From NCBI GenBank assembly GCA_963706575.1, contig CAVPNL010000006.1, forward strand, positions 1 to 64,000: a DNA stretch of 64,000 nt, written 5' to 3'. Source of the stretch: an uncultured delta proteobacterium. GTDB lineage: Bacteria; Desulfobacterota; Desulfobacteria; Desulfobacterales; JAHEIW01. The translations under genes were made by a program, and so were the position numbers. Positions 61,464-64,000 of the stretch are shown piece by piece. Positions within the stretch are counted from its first letter, which is position 1, and every line of letters begins with the position of its first letter. The notes below the pieces were generated by a model. The model searched no databases and was not told the origin of the DNA. It was given only the letters and a program-made list of their open reading frames with translations.

Positions 61464-63113
61464 ATGCCAAATAAGGATTATTGGAATGGTGATGATGCGG
61501 CTCACCGGCGGATCATGTACAAGGGGGCCGGATATTCAGATGAGGATATTCGTAATAAACCCCACATTGGCGTGGCCAATACATTTACCGATGCATCGCC
61601 TGCCACGGCACACTTAAGAATGCTGGCTGAAGCCGTTAAACAGGGCATATGGTCCGCCGGAGGGGTTCCGTTTGAATTTGGTGTACCCGGATTATGCGGC
61701 AATATAGCGGTCGGACATGAAAACTGCAGATACGAGCTGGCAGAGCGTGACGTTGTCTGTTCCGCCATCGAAATTGTCTCTAAAATCAATAATTTTGACG
61801 GTTTGGTGACCCTGTCTTCCTGTGATGACATACTGGCAGGCTCCCTTCTGGGCGTCGGGCGCGTAAATATTCCCGCGGTGATGGTTACCGGCGGCCCGAT
61901 GATGCCGGGTTGCTATAACGGAAAGAAAGTCTTGGCACCCGATATCGAAGAAGTTGAGTTCGCAGGGGCCGCACCATCCGATTTCGCCGTATTGGAAGAC
62001 GCCGCCTGTCCCGGTTTCGGCTCCTGCGGCGTGATGGGCACAGCCAATACGATGCAGGTACTGGTCGAAGCCCTGGGGCTGGCCTTACCGGGTTCAAGCA
62101 CGATTCCTGCCGTGATGGCAGACAAAACCCGGGCGGCGAGGGAATCGGGTCGCCGGGTGGTGGAGCTGGCTCAAAAGGATCTAAAACCCGGCGATATACT
62201 GGAGAAAAAGGCGTTTTTAAATGCGATCACCGTGGATCTGGCCATTGGCGGCTCGACCAACGCGATTTTGCACTTGCTGGCCCTGGCCAGAGAGGTCGGT
62301 GTTTCTCTCACCATGGATGACTTCGATGCCGTCAGTCGAAACGTGTCCTGTATCTGTGCGGTTAGACCGAACGGCCCCTTTAATATGGTGGATCTTCACG
62401 AAGCCGGAGGTGTGCCCGCTATTCAAAAAGTTCTTGAAGGGGTGCTTGAAACGTCCGCCATCGGTGTTAGCGGAACTCGTCTTGCAGAGATTCTGGCTCA
62501 AGTCCCGTTCCAACCCAATGAGGTGATACGCACGCTTGAGGATCCGGTCCATCAGGATTGCGGCCTGGCGATTCTGCAAGGAAATCTGGCACCGGATGGT
62601 GCCATTATTCGACCCAGCGGCGTTCCCGCTGAAATGAAAACCTTTAAAGGTGCGGCCAGAGTCTTTGAAGATGAAGATCTGGCAATTGAGGCCATGAAAG
62701 CCGGCGATATCAAAGCGGGTGATGTCATCGTGTTGCGCTATTTAGGGCCCAAAGGCGGGCCCGGAATGCAGTATGCCCAGGCATCCTGTCAGGCGCTGGT
62801 GGGGCTGGGACTGCATAAAAGTGTCGGGCTGATTACCGATGGCCGCTTTTCCGGGTTTAATCACGGCCCGATCGTGGGACATGTCAGCCCCGAAGCGTTT
62901 GAAGGGGGACCGTTGGCGCTGGTCTGTGAGGGGGATCAAATATCGGTGGATGTCGATCAGCGCAGTCTCCAAATCGATTTATCTGAAGAAGAATTGGCGG
63001 ATCGTAAATCCAAATGGAAGCCGCCGGAATCAAATGTGAAAAGCGGCTGGCTGGCGCTCTACATGGCCAACTGTCGCTCCGCGAGTGAAGGCGCAGCCAT
63101 GCAGCCCTGGTAG
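61464..63113 (+). CDS. IlvD/Edd-family dehydratase (divergent dihydroxy-acid dehydratase homologue)
   Basis: KP.IGVAN, GGPM.PG, GSCGVMGTANTM, GGSTN, GNLAPDGA, TDGRFSG and GHVSPEA motifs. Confidence 0.9.
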   Translation: MPNKDYWNGDDAAHRRIMYKGAGYSDEDIRNKPHIGVANTFTDASPATAHLRMLAEAVKQGIWSAGGVPFEFGVPGLCGNIAVGHENCRYELAERDVVCSAIEIVSKINNFDGLVTLSSCDDILAGSLLGVGRVNIPAVMVTGGPMMPGCYNGKKVLAPDIEEVEFAGAAPSDFAVLEDAACPGFGSCGVMGTANTMQVLVEALGLALPGSSTIPAVMADKTRAARESGRRVVELAQKDLKPGDILEKKAFLNAITVDLAIGGSTNAILHLLALAREVGVSLTMDDFDAVSRNVSCICAVRPNGPFNMVDLHEAGGVPAIQKVLEGVLETSAIGVSGTRLAEILAQVPFQPNEVIRTLEDPVHQDCGLAILQGNLAPDGAIIRPSGVPAEMKTFKGAARVFEDEDLAIEAMKAGDIKAGDVIVLRYLGPKGGPGMQYAQASCQALVGLGLHKSVGLITDGRFSGFNHGPIVGHVSPEAFEGGPLALVCEGDQISVDVDQRSLQIDLSEEELADRKSKWKPPESNVKSGWLALYMANCRSASEGAAMQPW

Positions 63114-63129
63114 GAAGGAGAAAAAGCCC

Positions 63130-64000
63130 GTGAAGACATTTGGTATCTTTGAGTACATGAAAAAATATCAATACGAAAATATTTTTCTTTGTCAGGATGA
63201 AAAAGCAGACTTTAAAGCCGTAATCGCTATTCACAGCACCGCTTTGGGACCCGCTGCCGGCGGTATTCGCATGTGGCAGTATGATTCTGAAATGGATGCC
63301 ATCGAAGATGCCTTACGTCTGGCGCGCGGCATGACCTATAAATATGCGGCGGCCGGCGTGAACATGGGGGGCGGCAAAGCGGTGGTAATTGCCGATCCCA
63401 AACGCAAGGACAGGGAAGTTGTCTTTCGAACCCTTGGAAGATTTATCAACCGCTTAGGGGGAAAATTCTTCACCGGAGAAGACGTCGGCACCACCCTTGA
63501 GGACATGGAATATCTTTTCATGGAAACCCCTTATGTCATCACCCTGCCGCAATATCTCGGGGGAGTGGGCCCGATTTCGCCCTTGACGGCTTTTGGTGTC
63601 ATCCAGGGCATGCGCGCCTGTGCAAAGACTGTTTTTGGCTCAGACGATCTCAGCAATCGAATCGTGGCCGTCCAGGGTGTAGGATCGGTGGGCTCTTCTC
63701 TGGTTGAACAGCTCTCTGATTTAGGGGCCCGTGTCGTAATAACCGATATCGACGAGGCTCGCGTCGATGACATGGTCAAGCAGTTGGGAGCAAAGAAAGT
63801 CCCGCTAGAAGATATTTACGGCGTCACCTGTGACATATTTTCCCCGTGTGCCCTCGGCGCGATTCTGAATGATGAGACGATCCCGCAGCTGAAGTGCAAG
63901 ATTGTCTGCGGCGCGGCCAACAATCAGCTCGCGGAAGAGCGGCATGGCGATATCCTGACCGAAAAAGGAATTCTTTACGGTCCCGATTATATCGTCAACG
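63130..64000 (+). CDS. Leu/Val/Phe dehydrogenase family protein (runs off the window end; not in ORF track)
   Basis: Manual translation: IAIHSTALGPAAGGIRM, LARGMTYK, GGGKAV, GEDVGT, VQGVGSVG, PCALG, GAANNQL, PDYIVN; AAGGAG RBS before GTG. Confidence 0.92.
   Translation, partial: MKTFGIFEYMKKYQYENIFLCQDEKADFKAVIAIHSTALGPAAGGIRMWQYDSEMDAIEDALRLARGMTYKYAAAGVNMGGGKAVVIADPKRKDREVVFRTLGRFINRLGGKFFTGEDVGTTLEDMEYLFMETPYVITLPQYLGGVGPISPLTAFGVIQGMRACAKTVFGSDDLSNRIVAVQGVGSVGSSLVEQLSDLGARVVITDIDEARVDDMVKQLGAKKVPLEDIYGVTCDIFSPCALGAILNDETIPQLKCKIVCGAANNQLAEERHGDILTEKGILYGPDYIVN

Overview
A 64 kb bacterial chromosomal segment. Gene content and repeat style suggest a Desulfobacterota (Desulfobacterales-like) anaerobe; this is inference. 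Several genes carry scattered indels typical of an unpolished long-read assembly. 0-10 kb is housekeeping: a B12-binding radical SAM/DUF2344 fusion, rng, rpmH-rnpA-yidD-yidC-jag-mnmE and a perfect parS site. Next come oadG/oadB, a BMP-type nucleoside ABC transporter, an AAA ATPase, an amidase and a metallophosphoesterase. A signalling-rich accessory region follows: three zinc-ribbon/class III cyclase/AAA/TPR proteins, a hydrolase-cyclase fusion, two PAS hybrid kinases, a 1216-aa triple zinc-finger membrane protein and an orphan motAB pair with a sigma-54 promoter. The right end holds a probable amino-acid catabolic cluster (MmgE/PrpD, APC permease-TrkA fusion, a divergent IlvD-like dehydratase, Leu/Val dehydrogenase). 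The best hidden signal is at 39024-39770. The ORF track shows only fragments there, but it reads as one 248-aa MerB (organomercurial lyase)-like protein. Both catalytic Cys positions are in-frame UGA codons, each followed by a SECIS-like hairpin, so it is a probable double-selenocysteine enzyme, and no mer operon is nearby. Intergenic DNA is full of 7-10-mer tandem-repeat hairpin elements and includes a nested MITE-like structure. I saw no rRNA, tRNA, CRISPR array or transposase.
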